A stretch of DNA of 64,000 nt from the human T2T-CHM13v2.0 reference genome, Homo sapiens. The stretch's first letter is position 1. Each line of letters starts with the position of its first letter. A program made the translations under genes and the position numbers. The notes under the pieces were generated by a model. It was not told the DNA's origin. It saw nothing but the letters and a program-made list of their open reading frames with translations, and searched no databases. This document shows positions 30,590 to 44,539 of this stretch, one piece after another. The DNA is taken from NCBI RefSeq assembly GCF_009914755.1, contig NC_060930.1. One strand, given 5' to 3'.

Positions 30590-30730
30590 TAGCTGTCCCA
30601 TTTATAAAATGGATATAATAATATTTATCTGTTGGATTATAGCAAAGATTGCAAATGATCAGAAAAAAATGTATAGTGCAGTGCCTCCATACAACAGGTG
30701 ATCAAAAAACAAGAGCTATTACCATCATGA
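30590..30730 (+). mobile_element. MIR fragment
   Basis: CCCATTTATAAAATGGATATAATAATATTTATC..GGATTATAGCAAAGATTGCAAATGAT. Confidence 0.5.
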
Positions 30731-31147
30731 TATGTAACTTTTAAAATACTGAAATGATTAAGTGGTTTAATGATGATCAGATTCTTCCTAATTATGCAGC
30801 TCTCAAATGCCGTATTAGTAGATTTATAGGCATCTCAATAAGTTTACTGATTTGGTAGAGACAGAAGGTAAATGTGTCTATATCCTACTTCTTATTTAAA
30901 AATATTCTAATGTGGTCAAATGGGCTTCTGTAAATAAAGGAACAAATATCACTTTTTGAATAATTATTAGTCACTTATTTGTGTGCTTATTAGCTACAGA
31001 TTCTAGAACATAATTTTCTCATTCCAAATAAGGAGAGCTTACCTTCACTTATTTCTGGAAAATAATATTTTATCAAAATTATTATCATTTAAGAAATTTA
31101 TTTCCTGCAAGTTTGGCAAAATTTAGAGGACTTAGATAGCTTTCCAA

Positions 31148-31182
<35 letters not shown>
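31148..31182. repeat. (TG)n microsatellite
   Basis: Direct inspection. Confidence 0.95.
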
Positions 31183-32487
31183 ATTCTTAAATATGGCATC
31201 AAGATTTTCTGCAACTGAATTAATTTTGAATAAAAGATATCTTTTGTCCTTCAACATGTAAAAATCAGCTCTTGACTATCAGAAGAAACTTATACTAAGT
31301 TACACCATTTAGTGTAGGAGATTTTATGGTAACCATTTCACAAAGCCAATTTCTGGTTTAATTTTCACTGTGTATAAAAAGTTTTTCTTGGTTTTAATTC
31401 AGTTTCAAAGGATTTAGGGTTTATTCTGAGAGTCTAAGTTTATGTGTCATTGGATAAATAAGTGCATTTTCCTCATTCTTCAAATATTTTTCTGGAACAA
31501 CTATTTCTAGCTAAAGTACTCTGATGGTAAGTTAAAAATTACAAATGTGCTTAAGACTATCATATAGTTTTAAAACATATCCTTGTCCATTAGCCAGGAC
31601 ACACAGAAAAACAAGAAAGCTTGCCAGCCATGGAGACATTTTCTTTCTTTCTTTCTTTTTTTTAATAAGCATTTCTTTTTATGCTTCTCTGTTTTATTTA
31701 ATCAGATAAGAATTAAATATTGGCAGGTTGGAGAATGTCACCACAAACAAATGAAGGATGTGCATTTTGTTTCAGGTAAAAAGAGAAAATACTATTTAGT
31801 TGTGGGAAGGGAAACATGATATCAAGCTGGCGAGCTCTTAAGGTTCATTTGGGTTTTACGTCTATGAATTTGTTTGAACTTGTTCATTAAACAACAAACT
31901 TCCCCTTACTTCTCCTAGCACACAAAAAGAAAAATTAATCTAAAAAATGCAGAGATTATTTCTTTGTGCTTCCTCTTGGTGCAAAAGTCATAGGTTGATT
32001 TCCTACAATTAAACTTGGTTTTTAACAAAGAAAACAAATGATTGAGAGAAAAAGTATCACGTTATTAATGAAAAATAAAATAGTAAAATGTCCCAGAAAT
32101 AGAAACAGGCACCTTTTCACATTCTACTGTTTTCTACTGAATAAATGAATATCAAACTGAGAAACATTAATGCATGTGGTTGAACAGCAGGTAACACAGG
32201 TAATAGCAACACTAAACAAACAAAAAGTAAAAAATAATCAGTTGCATTTCTGTCTCATTAGTACTACCTATGATTTCAGACTTGAATTCATATTCAACAT
32301 ATTTCTGTGGAAAGATACAAGACCTAAAATGGAGTAATATGTTTTCCAAGTAAGCTTATTTGGAAAATATTTGAAAGAGCAGATTATTTGACCATGTGCA
32401 AAGCAAACATTAACCATCTCAACTTCTTCTAATGTTATATCAACAAACCATCCTCCTCCTTTACATAATGCAGTAGCTTATATATAT

Positions 32488-32916
32488 TGTGCTAGATTGT
32501 CCACAATTATCCTTCCTTCTCTGCCCTTGTTAGGACTCCCCATGGACATGGTAAAGTGTCTCATCCCACTGGCTTTTGGCTTGGTCACATGACTTGCTTT
32601 GACAAATGGAAGGTGCAGAATTGAGATCATGCTTTGTAAGCATGGTATTAAAAGGCATTATGTGCTTCTTCTCATCTTTCTTGCACTCTGCCATGACATT
32701 ATCACATCACAGATGGAAGCTTCTCTTTTCACCTAGATCCTAGAATAAGGAAACACAAAGAGTAAACCTGTACCCAACCCACAGCCTGGAACAGACCCAC
32801 TGCAGCCAATCCCCAGACCCACGAATGAGAAGTCAATGTTTGCCTGAACAATGTAAGCCTGAAAGTTTGGGCTTGTTGATTATGCATAATTATAACTGGA
32901 AAAACTGACTAATACA
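32488..32916 (+). mobile_element. Old MaLR LTR (MLT1I/J-like)
   Basis: TG start, TTTTGGCTTGGTCACATGACTTGCTTTGACAAATGG, end AAAACTGACTAATACA. Confidence 0.7.
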
Positions 32917-33987
32917 AGTGTCCATGAAAAAATTAACAAGAAAAGTTCAATAGAGATGGCATTATAAAACATGCTTGCAGTTTATCCAGGAGTAGGGGAT
33001 AAGACCTTAGCACCAAGGCCTTGTACTAAGAAGGTGATGTAAAGGAGCTTAGTACATAGTGGTGGAGACCTCACCACTGGGTGCAAGAATCAGAATAAAT
33101 ATGGGAGTTGGGGACCTACTTTTAAAAGAATGAAGACCTTGGACAGGTTGGCATAATCGGAAGTTATATGAAAGAAAAGAAGACAAGGAAGCAGTGACTA
33201 CAAATGGGGTAAAAAAAATAGAGGAAAATCAGCAGCAAGACTGATGGTTTACGGAGCCCTGGAGTAGTTGAGCTGTTTCTTCTTTAAATTTTTCTTATTG
33301 TGATGCTAGCTTGTAGTAATGTCAAGTGGCTTCAGATAAGATGGGTCAAGGGAACAAGGCAGGGCCTGGCACTAGAGGCCCGGGTCACTTCTATGTGAAT
33401 TATCCTCATAATAAACTGACAGCATCTGAAAGGATCTTTTCCGGATGGGGCTCCAGGGCGTGATAAGCATACCCATAAGAACTGTAAGACCTGTAAGACC
33501 TGTAAGAACAAACCAAACCACAAAATTAACATGAGATGAATACACTGCCAGCTTGCCAAGACAGATCGTAATGTAGTGGGTGGTCTCTTTGTCATCTTAA
33601 GTAATCATTGTGTTGGCATAAGCTTACAAATAGAAATATATTTTTAAAGAATTACAGAGAAAAGTCATTTTACTTTTACAAAGGCCATCGCTACATTTGG
33701 ATTTAAAGGCTTTCAAAGACAGGACTGTGTTCCCTTTGATACAGGTTTCTTTCTCCATCTCCCCATATGGATGTTTCACTGTCTTGCTTTAAGATTGTCA
33801 GTAGTTTCCCCATTCCTGTAGTGTAAACACTATACCCTCAAATTCCTCCATACTCTGACTGAGATTTTCTTACATTTCCAAACCCATTTCATATTACTCG
33901 TCTCTTTGAAACCTCTTCAACAAAACAGGACTTATTTAAATATGATAGCATCTGGTAGTCAGAGTGCTGATTTTAAATAATCCTTAA

Positions 33988-34405
<418 letters not shown>

Positions 34406-35201
34406 TGAAGCAAGACCAATGTTTCATTTTGCTTATTCTTGTGTTTATTTTTGATACTATACTATTCTCTCTTGCGTAAATCTTTTGTTTTCTTTATGTA
34501 AGTCTTAAGGTGAGTCACAACTCATGTTAAGCACTGTCTCTGGTGAGCATCTCTTCCAGAGTGTCCTACCTGGTGGTGATTGATTTCTCCTGTTGCAACA
34601 TGCATGTCATTTAGCATGGCTATCCTGTATTGTTGCTTATTTTTTAAATGTATATTTTGTGTTTCAACTCAAGGTTTTGCAGGGCATAGACACTCAATTT
34701 CAAATTTGTGTATACTAACTACACTGTGCAAAACCTTGTTTATTTAAGACAATCAATAAATAGAATTCTAGAGGGTTATAAGTTACTTTAAAAGTCATAA
34801 GATTCCACTTCATGTGTGATGGTATGATTATTATAATTATGATAATAATTATGCAGAAAAGGCCAAATATATTTATATATTTTATATAAGTATATAATAT
34901 GTAAATATACTTAAATATGCTAATTAACCCATCTTAAGGTGGTCCTTTTTAAATCTTTTACATTTTTCTATAAGTGTAGAATAGGAAAATGCATAATATA
35001 AAAGATTATATTCTTGTAGAGATTCATAGATAAATATTTAAAAATTTATATTCCTTTTATTTTGTATTTTTAATTCTATTTTTAAAAGTATTACTGAGAA
35101 GTAAATTGTTTTATGCTATGTAATAAGACAGTTATCTACAGCTTTATCAATCTATAGCATTCAAATGCATAAAACAGGAGAACTTAATAACTGAATCTAG
35201 A

Positions 35202-35394
35202 CCACGGTCAGGAATTATTTTCTGTGAGGGGCTGAGTAATAAATATCTTAGGCTTTTTGAGCTCTTGCAGCTACTCAGTCCTGCATCGTTGTGTAAAACT
35301 AACCACAATAGATTAATGAATAAGCATGGATATGTTCCAGTAAAACTGAATTCAAAAAACAGGCATGATCTGTGATCCAGTTTGCTAAGTCTTG
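35202..35394 (+). mobile_element. MER58A (hAT-Charlie) relic
   Basis: TTTTCTGTGAGGGGCTGAGTAATAAATATCTTAGGCTTT..GCATGGATATGTTCCAGTAAAACT..AGTTTGCT. Confidence 0.7.
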
Positions 35395-35956
35395 AGAGAC
35401 AATTACATCATCTAAACCAGCATGTAAGTTTTCTAGTTGTAATGAGTAATGACTTTCCACTTTTTCCATGGATGAATTTCATTTTATAAACCAACTATCA
35501 AAATAAAATCCCTCGTGTTTATTTGAGAGATTTTTCCTAAATCCTTAATAATAGTTTTGGTCCATTTCTTTTCAAGATTGAAGTATTTTACAAAGAGAAT
35601 CCTGAGATACATTGCCAGATTTTTACATGTGTTTTGCTTAAGCTTAATTAGTATTTTTCCTTTAATTTGTTGACTTTATACATTTATTTTATGTATATAA
35701 AATAGTGAATTTTCAGTTCAATTTACAAGCATCTGTTTGAACCTCTGTATGACTAATGCTGTGTCAATGCCTCAATAAAGTATTTATCTATATCTTTCCT
35801 ATTTCTTCACACTAGATTTCTTTAGAAATATTGACATAATATAGACAAATACTGGGGTTCAAATTGTCTGTTTGGTTATATAATGTCACTTGTGGTAGTT
35901 TCCTAGGAGAGTGGAATCTTTTCCAAAGTTATCTTTATTCTAGTGCTTTCATCACA

Positions 35957-36105
35957 TTGTATTTCATCTCTGAAATAGGGATGTATCTTATCATCAATGT
36001 GATAAAAATATCCACTGTCATATTTACATATATAACTTAATATTTTAATAATACATAAAGTAATGAAATGACTTATCAAAAAAACAGTGGTGTTTAACTT
36101 GATCA
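35957..36105 (+). mobile_element. Possible MER104-like (Tc2) relic
   Basis: CATCTCTGAAATAGGGATGTATCTTATCATCAATG resembles the MER104 internal sequence. Confidence 0.35.
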
Positions 36106-36720
36106 CAGAATCCTGGAGTGGAGAACACACATTCAAGTGAGTCAGTGGGAGCAATGTGTTGAATAATTTTAGGTTTTTAATTGTCCTTTAAACAATGTTT
36201 GGGAGCAAATTCTTGGGAGTAATGTCTAATCTTTCTGGTAGGATCTGCAGCTGGGGTTTATTGTCTAATTAGGATTATCTTCCAAGGCAAGACTTTAAGC
36301 CCCACAGAAGAAGCAGGAAAAAAATATGCATAAATATATTTATCATCTTATTTTATATTACATACATAAAACTAGATACTAAATATTCTATACATGTCTG
36401 CTATTCCATAGTATATATCTATACTATAACAGATTTATAGTTATAAAAAATTGTTTGGCTAAGGGTATAGGCTAGTGTATGATATGTGTAGACACATGGA
36501 TTGGACCTAGACTGAGTGGATACTGAAGTTTGGGAGAGCAATGCGTTTCAGAACCTTCCCACTGATCAAAATTGGGCTCCTGATATACTCCTAGGCACTG
36601 CTAAGAATTTGTATCATCCCATTGGAATGGAATGAGCCTGAAGTTTGAAAAAGTTAAAAATTACAGGTGGATGGATTTGGCAGAAGGCAACAAATAATAT
36701 GTCCCATAAAAATTAGTTGA

Positions 36721-37090
<370 letters not shown>

Positions 37091-37149
37091 TAAGTCACAG
37101 AATCTTAAAAATCACTTAACAAGTATGTTTCATTGCTTACATTTATTTT

Positions 37150-38600
37150 TATTATTTTTGAATAGCTTATCCATAAAGATGACTCAAAATTTTAAACATA
37201 CCAGGAGACAATCTAATGAGAAATAAATGCCACTCTCACTTCAATCCCATTCTTTTTTTAAAAAATGGAAATTGCTGTTTTTATGTATCATCCCAGAAGT
37301 ATTCTACCAATATATAAGCATACACTTACAGCATTTATGTATTGTTAAGCGTCTACACCCCAATGGTGTGATGCATGCTATTCACATTGTGCTTTTTAAA
37401 CTTACTATCAAACTCAGGGATGAATCTATGTCAATGAACATTTTAAAAATGGCTACAAATGTATGAATTTACTATAATTTATTTAATCAGTCTCCTTTTG
37501 ATGGACAATGCAATTGTTTTTAATCTTTTTGCCAGTATAAGGAATGCTGAAATAAATATTATTCCACACACTTTAATACACATGCAGCTCTGTCTGCAAG
37601 ACACATTTTCTTAGAAGTGAGTGGCATTTTACATTTTGATAGATATTGTCAAACATTTCTACTACGTGATAGATATTGTCAAACATTTCTACTACTTGAT
37701 CTGGCTAGTTTATAGTCATATCATTAGTGTATGAGGTTGCCTGTTCTCTACTTTCTCCCTGACATAGCATTTTATTAAACTTTTGGATTTTTTTCTAATC
37801 TCGTAAGTGAAAACAGCACCTTGTTTTAATTTCTATTTCTTCTATTAGGAATAATATTTTACATTTGTTTAAATTCTGCTTTTTATTTCCTTTCCTGGAA
37901 CAATCTCTTCAAACCCTTTCATCATTAGGTTGTTTTTTGTGTGTGGGACATAGTGTTGCTGATTTTTAAGAACTCTTTGTATATTTAAGAAATTTTATCC
38001 TTTTATGTAATGTAAGTATTCTCATCTGTTTGTAGTTCATCCTTTGCCTCTGTTTATATTTTTTAAGAAAATGTCTTTAGTTTTATATATTTAAATTTAT
38101 TGATCTTATCTTGTATGGTTTCTTTGAATATATGCCATATATACAGACTCTTCCCATATTCATGCTATGAAGTGATCTTTTACTTTTTATTAAAGGAATT
38201 TGATATTTTTATTTTTACTTTATATATTTAATCCATCTGGAATTTATTTTAATATAAAGAGAGAACTAGATATTCAACTTAGCTATTTTCCAGGAAAAAT
38301 CAGTTCATCTCAAATATTTTATTGACCAATCTATTTTTCCCTCAGTAACATATTGTATTTATTACCTGCTAAATTTCTGATACATTTAAATTTGTTCTGA
38401 ACTATTTTTATCACAGAGTTTTTGCTTATTTTTATACTATTATAAATTTTATTTTGGTAACTTTATACTATACGTAATACCTGGCATGGCTACTTCTTAT
38501 CATTCTCAAAATATTTCTAAACATTCCTGTGTGTTTATTTTAACATATACATTTTGTTTTTATTTTTCCCATTGTTATTATTATGGGTTTTGATTAGGTG
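37150..38600 (-). mobile_element. Old L1ME-type fragment
   Basis: T-rich antisense L1M motifs (TTTAATCAGTCTCCTTTTGATGGACA, TTTTGATAGATATTGTCAAA, TTTAATCCATCTGGAATTTATTTT). Confidence 0.65.
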
Positions 38601-38715
38601 CCTATTTTGTGCTAGAAACTGAAAGAATACCCTGACATAAATTTTAAAAATAGTTGTATTCTAAAAACGTATTTTATTGTATAATAATTTTAAACATATT
38701 TTATTAAAATATATT

Positions 38716-39470
38716 AAAGAATAAACAAATGGAAAGATAGGTTATGTTCATGGATTGAAACATTTAATATTTTTAAAATGTCCATACAACCTGAAGCAAT
38801 TTGTAGATTCAATGCAATTCTTACCAAAATTCCAATGTCATTTTTTACAGGAATAGAAAACAAATTATTAAATTTATATGGAGCCATAAAAGACCTCAAA
38901 TAACTGAAACAATCTTGAACAAAAAGAACAAAGCCAGAGGCATCACACTTACTGATTTCAAAATATATTAAAAAGCTATTGTAATAAAAAATCATGGTCC
39001 TGGCATAAAAACAAACACGTTGACCAAGGGAATAGCATTAGAAATCCAGAAATAAACCCACACATTTATATTATAGTCAAATAATATTTGATAAAGGTGC
39101 CAAGAACACACAATGGGGAAAGGACAGCTTCTTCAATAAGCGGTGTTGAGAAAAGGATATCTATACGCAGCAGAATGAAATTGGATCCTTTCTCACACCA
39201 TACATAAAAATCAATTCAAGATGCATCTAAGATTTAAATATAAGACCCGAAGCTGCAAAACTACTAGCAGAAAACATAGGAGAAAAGCTATACAATATTG
39301 GTATAGGTAATCGTTTTTCAGCTATGACTCCAAAAGTACAGGCAACAAAAGCAAAAACAAATGGGATTGCATCGAATTAAAACATTTCTGCACAGCAAAT
39401 AAAATAGTTAACAAAGTGAAGACACAACTCATAGAAATAAAAAAAAAACTTTTGCAAATCACACGTCTGA
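38716..39470 (+). mobile_element. L1MA-type internal ORF2 fragment
   Basis: ACAAATGGAAAGA..TAGATTCAATGCAATTC..GAACAAAGCCAGAGGCATCACAC..CAATGGGGAAAGGACAG..TTTGCAAATCA. Confidence 0.85.
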
Positions 39471-40159
39471 ATTTGCCTTCTTTTATGTGGTCAGGAATAC
39501 ACTTAACCTCTCTGAAGCTTTGTTTCTTTATCTGTAAAATCAGAGAACTTGGTTACTGGAGTTCTAATGCTCTGTCAAATAGTAATTTGTTATAATCTAT
39601 GAAAGTTAAATTGGTCAAAAATCAAATGAATTTTGTTAGGTAAAAGAATAACTTTCTGACATTAAGGATTAAAGGCTAGAACAGGTTACTTGAGGAAGCT
39701 AAAATGACCCATATTCAAAGTCCATGAAAAGCCTATCATTTCATGTACTAGTATTGTGTCCGGAATTGGTGGGTTCTTGGTCTCACTGACTTCAAGAATG
39801 AAGCCACGGACCCTCGCGGTGAGTGTTACAGTTCTTAAAGGCAGCGTGTCCGGAGTTTGTTCCTTCTGATGTTCAGATGTATTCGGAGTTTCTTCCTTCT
39901 GGTTGGTTCGTGGTCTCGCTGGCTCAGGAGTGAAGCTGCAGACCTTCCCGGTGAGTGTTACAGCTCTTAAAGCGGTGTGTCTGGAGTTGTTCGTTCTTCT
40001 GGGGCTCGTGGTCTCACTGGCTTCCTGAGTGAAGCTGCAGACCTTCGCGGTAAGTGTTACAGCTCATAAAGGCAGTGTGGACCCAGAGTGAACACTAGCA
40101 AGATTTATTGCAAAGAGCGAAAGAACAAAGCTTCCATGGTGTGGAAGGGGACCCGAGCC

Positions 40160-40500
40160 GGCTGCCACTGCTGGCTCCAGCAGCCTGCTTTTATTCTCTT
40201 ATCTGGCCCCATCCACAACCTGCTGATTGGTAGAGCCGAGTGGTGTGTTTTGACAGGGCGCTGATCGGTGCCTTTACAACCCCTGAGCTAGACACAAAGG
40301 TTCTCCACGTCCCCACCGGATACAGAGTGTGGACACAAAGGTTTTCCACGTCCCCACTAGAGTAGCTAGATACAGAGTGTCAACTGGTGCATTCACAAAC
40401 CCTGAGCTAGACACAGGGTGCTGATTGGTGTGTTTACAAACCTTGAGCTAGATACAGAGTGCCGATTGGTGTATTTACAATCCCTGAGCTAGACATAAAG
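40160..40500 (-). promoter_or_regulatory. LTR12C promoter/enhancer (NF-Y CCAAT boxes, GATA site, AATAAAA TATA-like box)
   Basis: On the minus strand: CCAAT at 40226-30, 40424-28 and 40465-69; GATA (TTATCT) at 40199-204; AATAAAA at 40189-95. Activity is inferred from the family. Confidence 0.7.
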
Positions 40501-40539
40501 GTTCTCCACGTCCCCACCAGACTCAGGAGCCCAGCTGGC

Positions 40540-41110
40540 TTCACCCAGTGGATCCCGCACCGGGGCTGCAAGTGGAGCTGCCTGCCAATCCCGCACCATG
40601 CGCCCGCAGTCCTCAGCCCTTGGGTGGTCCATGGGACTGGGCGCCATGGAGCAGGGGGCAGCGCTCGTCCGGGAGGCTCGGGCCGCACAGGAGCCCACGG
40701 AGCGCGGGGAGGCTCAGGCATGGCGGGCTGCAGGTCCCGAGCCCTGCCCCGCGGGAAGGCAGCTAAGGCCCCGCGAGAAATTGAGCACAGCAGCTGCTGG
40801 CCCAGGTGCTACGCCCCTCACTGCCCGGGGCGGTGGGGCCCCGCCGGCCGCTCCTAGTGCGAGGTCCGCCCAGCCCACGCGCACCCGGAACTCGCGCTGG
40901 CCCGGAACTCGCGCTGGCAGGGAAGCACCGCGCGCAGCCCCGCTTCCCGCCCGCGCCTCTCCCTCCACACCTCCTCACAAGCTGAGGGAGCCGGCTCCGG
41001 CCTTGGCCAGCCCAGAAAGGGGCTCCCACAGTGCAGCGGCGGGCTGAAGGGCTCCTCAAGTGCCGCCAAAGTGGGAGCCCAGGCAGAGGAGGCGCCGAGA
41101 GCGAGCGAGG
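40540..41110. other. CpG-island-like segment inside LTR12C U3
   Basis: Very GC-rich with many retained CpGs, against an AT-rich, CpG-poor background. Confidence 0.8.
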
Positions 41111-42654
41111 GCTGTGAGGACTGCCAGCATGCTGTCACCTCTCAGTATAATTTAAGATCAACCCTAATTGAAAATACTATATTTTGAAGGTAAAATCTCA
41201 GGTTTTTTGCTATTTTGCTCATTGTTTTAACTTCATGTCTACTTTGAATGTAATTATAGGTGGTGGAATCTACACAAATATATCATTATTATTATTATTA
41301 ATAGAATGACAAAACTTTTTAATTACAAAAAAGCATCCACATTTGTTATTGACCTGTTCCAATCAAACTAGTAAGAAAATACCTCTTTCAATAACTTCAA
41401 AGATTTCATTTAAACATGTGTCAATTTCTTAAGAAGCAAATATAACAGAATGCCAGTTCTCTTGAGATTAATGGGCTTGCTCGAAGGAAAATAGCACCAG
41501 AAGTATGATTATTTCAAATAATTCAAAAGACAATAGTTTCTTTCCCCCTTGTTCCCACTTATATTCTGTTCTATGACAACTGACTCTTCACTCACTTGTA
41601 AGCACAGCAGTTCTCATAAAAATATAAATCCTTAATTTCTCCCAGTTTTCTTGTTATTCTCTAGAGGTAAAACCAAACAAATTTCAATAAGCTAAAAAAA
41701 AAGAAAGTGAACTTGCCAAATTAAGAGCTGGTTCATGAGACTGGGTTTGCTATGTGTTTAAACAAAGTCATGATTCATTAACTATGCCTGTAACAATCAA
41801 ATAAACAAAACCATGCTCTACAAGGCATCCATTAGCACGTTTAAGTGCATAAATCACTAACCATGTGACTTACGGCTTAACCGTTTGCCGAAAACAGCTG
41901 TTTTCTCAGTTCAGATAATGAAGAGAAAAAACAGCTGAAGCCAATTAGTGGATAAGCATTCATTCCGAAATATCTGAGACAGTTGAGTGATTTGTTTTGC
42001 AGGCCAGATATGTTGTTATCCAGACCCAAGTAAGAAAGCTCCTTTTACAATAAATTGAAGGTTTTATATTAACCCTTGTTTGTATTCGGCTCTCCTCCAA
42101 ACAGCAAGCAGAGCAACAAACAAACAAACAGCTGATTAAAATCCAGTGTCCTTGAAAGCATTGCAGTGCATTATTTATTTAGGATTGTTTGTTTTGTTGC
42201 TCATGGAATATTTTAAGCATTCATGAAGACTAGGGCAAAGCAAAATATCTAATTTCAAGCAGAAATTATGTTTACCAAAGAGAAGTTATCTATCAAACAG
42301 AAATAGACTCTAGAAAAGACTGAGTATATTTTATATACTCAGATGCTGAAAGGAGATCTATTTTCAACAATGGAAAAACTTTAAACATTGCATTTTAGGT
42401 TGGAATCAACACCATTGTCAGCAAAATTATTTATTGAGTTTTACGTGGGAATCCTCCAGTGAAAGATTTTATGCAGCTTCTCCTGCTACAGTAAGGGTAT
42501 AATCTGGAACTTCCCTTGCTTTGACAGTCCTGATAATTGAATTAATATCATTCACTAATAAAAATTCCAGAAACATGACAGATTTCCCTCGAAGGAGTCA
42601 TCACCAGGCAAGGTACCAAGACACAATCTTTCTTGCAAAGACTGCCTTGTCACA

Positions 42655-42835
42655 GACAGGAAGGAGAGCTGGCTTTGCAATCAGATCAGCTGAATTCTGA
42701 CTGGGCCACTTACTAGTTGGGCAATGATTGTTAGCTTTTGGAATCCTTCTGAACCTCAGTTTCTTCATCTATATAACACAGATAATTACATATCTCAAAG
42801 CCTTACAAGTTTGTATTGTGAAATTTAAATGAGTC
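42655..42835 (+). mobile_element. MIR
   Basis: GAATTCTGACTGGGCCACTTACTAG..CTGAACCTCAGTTTCTTCATCTATA..GTGAAATTTAAATGAG. Confidence 0.7.
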
Positions 42836-44539
42836 ATTTACTTTTTGATGAAGTTGACATAGTATGAGTTTAATCCAAAGGTCAATTCTCCTAGTGAAAT
42901 GTGAAAATATATTTTAAAAATGGCTAACATTCTGCCTGTTATAAAATGAGCATTCAAAATAAGTGGAAGTTATTTTCATTATTTCTCATGGAAGTCAAAT
43001 GTCTTGGGTTGTCTGAGAGAGACTGAACTTTTATAATCGGAGAAGAATGGATTGATCATTAAAAGTTTGATTTTCTGGAATAAAGATATGATTTTGCCTT
43101 TTGGAGGGAAACTATCTCACTGGAGGGATCTCATTAGTTATACTGATAAAGACAGTACCTACCTACTGTCTTTGGGAGGACTTGAGAATGGTGAATTAAC
43201 CAAAGTGTCATTGCTTTAAAGAAAATGTTAGGTATCATATTAGGGTAGCTCGTCCTGGTGAAAGCCTAGGAAAAGTCCACCTTCCGAATATAGGGATGTG
43301 GGGCTTCCATGAAGAGAATGGATGGTCTCACTGCCAATGATTTGAAGAGGGCAGAAAAATAAGGAAAGGACTTAGGGGTGAAACAGGAGCGTTCACTGTC
43401 TCGGGGGCTGAAGGGATTAGGGACTGAACTGCTGATAGGGGAGAGATGCTCACAGGCAATCCTATTGGGGGAAGATGAGTTGGCTATTGTGAGAAGGTGG
43501 CAAACTTGAAATAGGAAGTATTTTCGTAAGGAAGTCGAGGCCAAGGAACCCATTAGAGAACCTGGGGTACCTGTAGCATTGTGGTGACCATATTTCACTC
43601 TCCAGCAGTGTATGGGAGTTCCCATTTCATTACGCCTTGACTGTAGTGATTATGCAAAATAAAAAATAAAATCTTTGCAAACCTTATATATGTATTGACT
43701 GTAACCTGACAGTGCCACATAGATATGAGTGCTGTAACCCTGCTTTATACTTGTAACTGCTTGATTTTTTGACAGAAAAAAACCAAAACTTTTTTTTTCT
43801 GAGACCTAGGAAAACTAAACTTAATCTGGAGACTCAGAACAGTTAAGCTGTTGTTGATCTAGTTCAGTCACAAAACTTGCTGTCTATCCAATACAGACTC
43901 TCCATCTTGGAGCTTCCCTATTTTTCTGCCATATTTTTCTTTCCTCTTCCCCCGATTGCTATTTGCATTTCACAAGGTGTTATGTATGTTGGTTTTCACA
44001 TGTCAGGAGTGGAGAGGCTACTATCTAGTCTGTTTGTCCTGCCTTCTGGTTCTGGCCACTGGTGTCATCTGGTCTCTGGCACAGTGAGGCTGAAGGCAAG
44101 GGGAGGAGGGAAGAGAAATGGAAAAAGGGAGGACTTACAACTATGTCACATCCAAGTTGTGGGTAGGCAACCGATGATATCTACCTGCCTAAAATTTGCA
44201 TTTTGATTATTGATACAAATGAAGATAATTCCACTTGTTAGCTTGAGTTTATTTATCTTTTGAAGATTATTTTCCTTTGTTCTGCTATTTACTGTGGTTT
44301 TAAGGTTTTCAGTTTAAATTTGTGCCAGAATTTGATATAGAAAGGATATTAATGCTTTATCAAGCAATTTCATGTGAATATTCTACTTTTTTATTTGCCT
44401 TTCAATTTTATGTTTTGCAATGCAGAAGAATACAATCTTTTCTTTGTTATTACTTATAAATTTAAAGGCATTCTTTATATTAGCAGATTAGAATACATAC
44501 ATTTTACATTTTCCAAATAAAGACAAGTAACAATTCTTT

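Larger units (their letters stand above)
39755..41144 (-). mobile_element. Solo LTR12C (ERV9/HERV9 LTR)
   Basis: Minus strand starts TGAGAGGTGACAGCATGCTGGCAGTCC and ends ..CCAATTCCGGACACA. It has ~41-bp CCAAT enhancer repeats and ~80-bp U5 repeats. Perfect 4-bp TSD GTAT (39751-39754 / 41145-41148). Confidence 0.95.

Noticed and set aside
37150-39470. Opposite-strand L1 pieces as a twin-priming inversion
   Set aside because: The pieces differ in divergence and appear to cover overlapping ORF2 coordinates, so they are separate elements.
40434-41138. Overlapping ORFs and a CpG island suggesting a host gene 5' end
   Set aside because: They lie entirely within LTR12C U3, where high GC content makes stop codons rare.
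42320-42342. Hairpin CTGAGTATAT-TTT-ATATACTCAG
   Set aside because: A 10-bp AT-rich stem is too short for a miRNA or MITE call and is plausible by chance.
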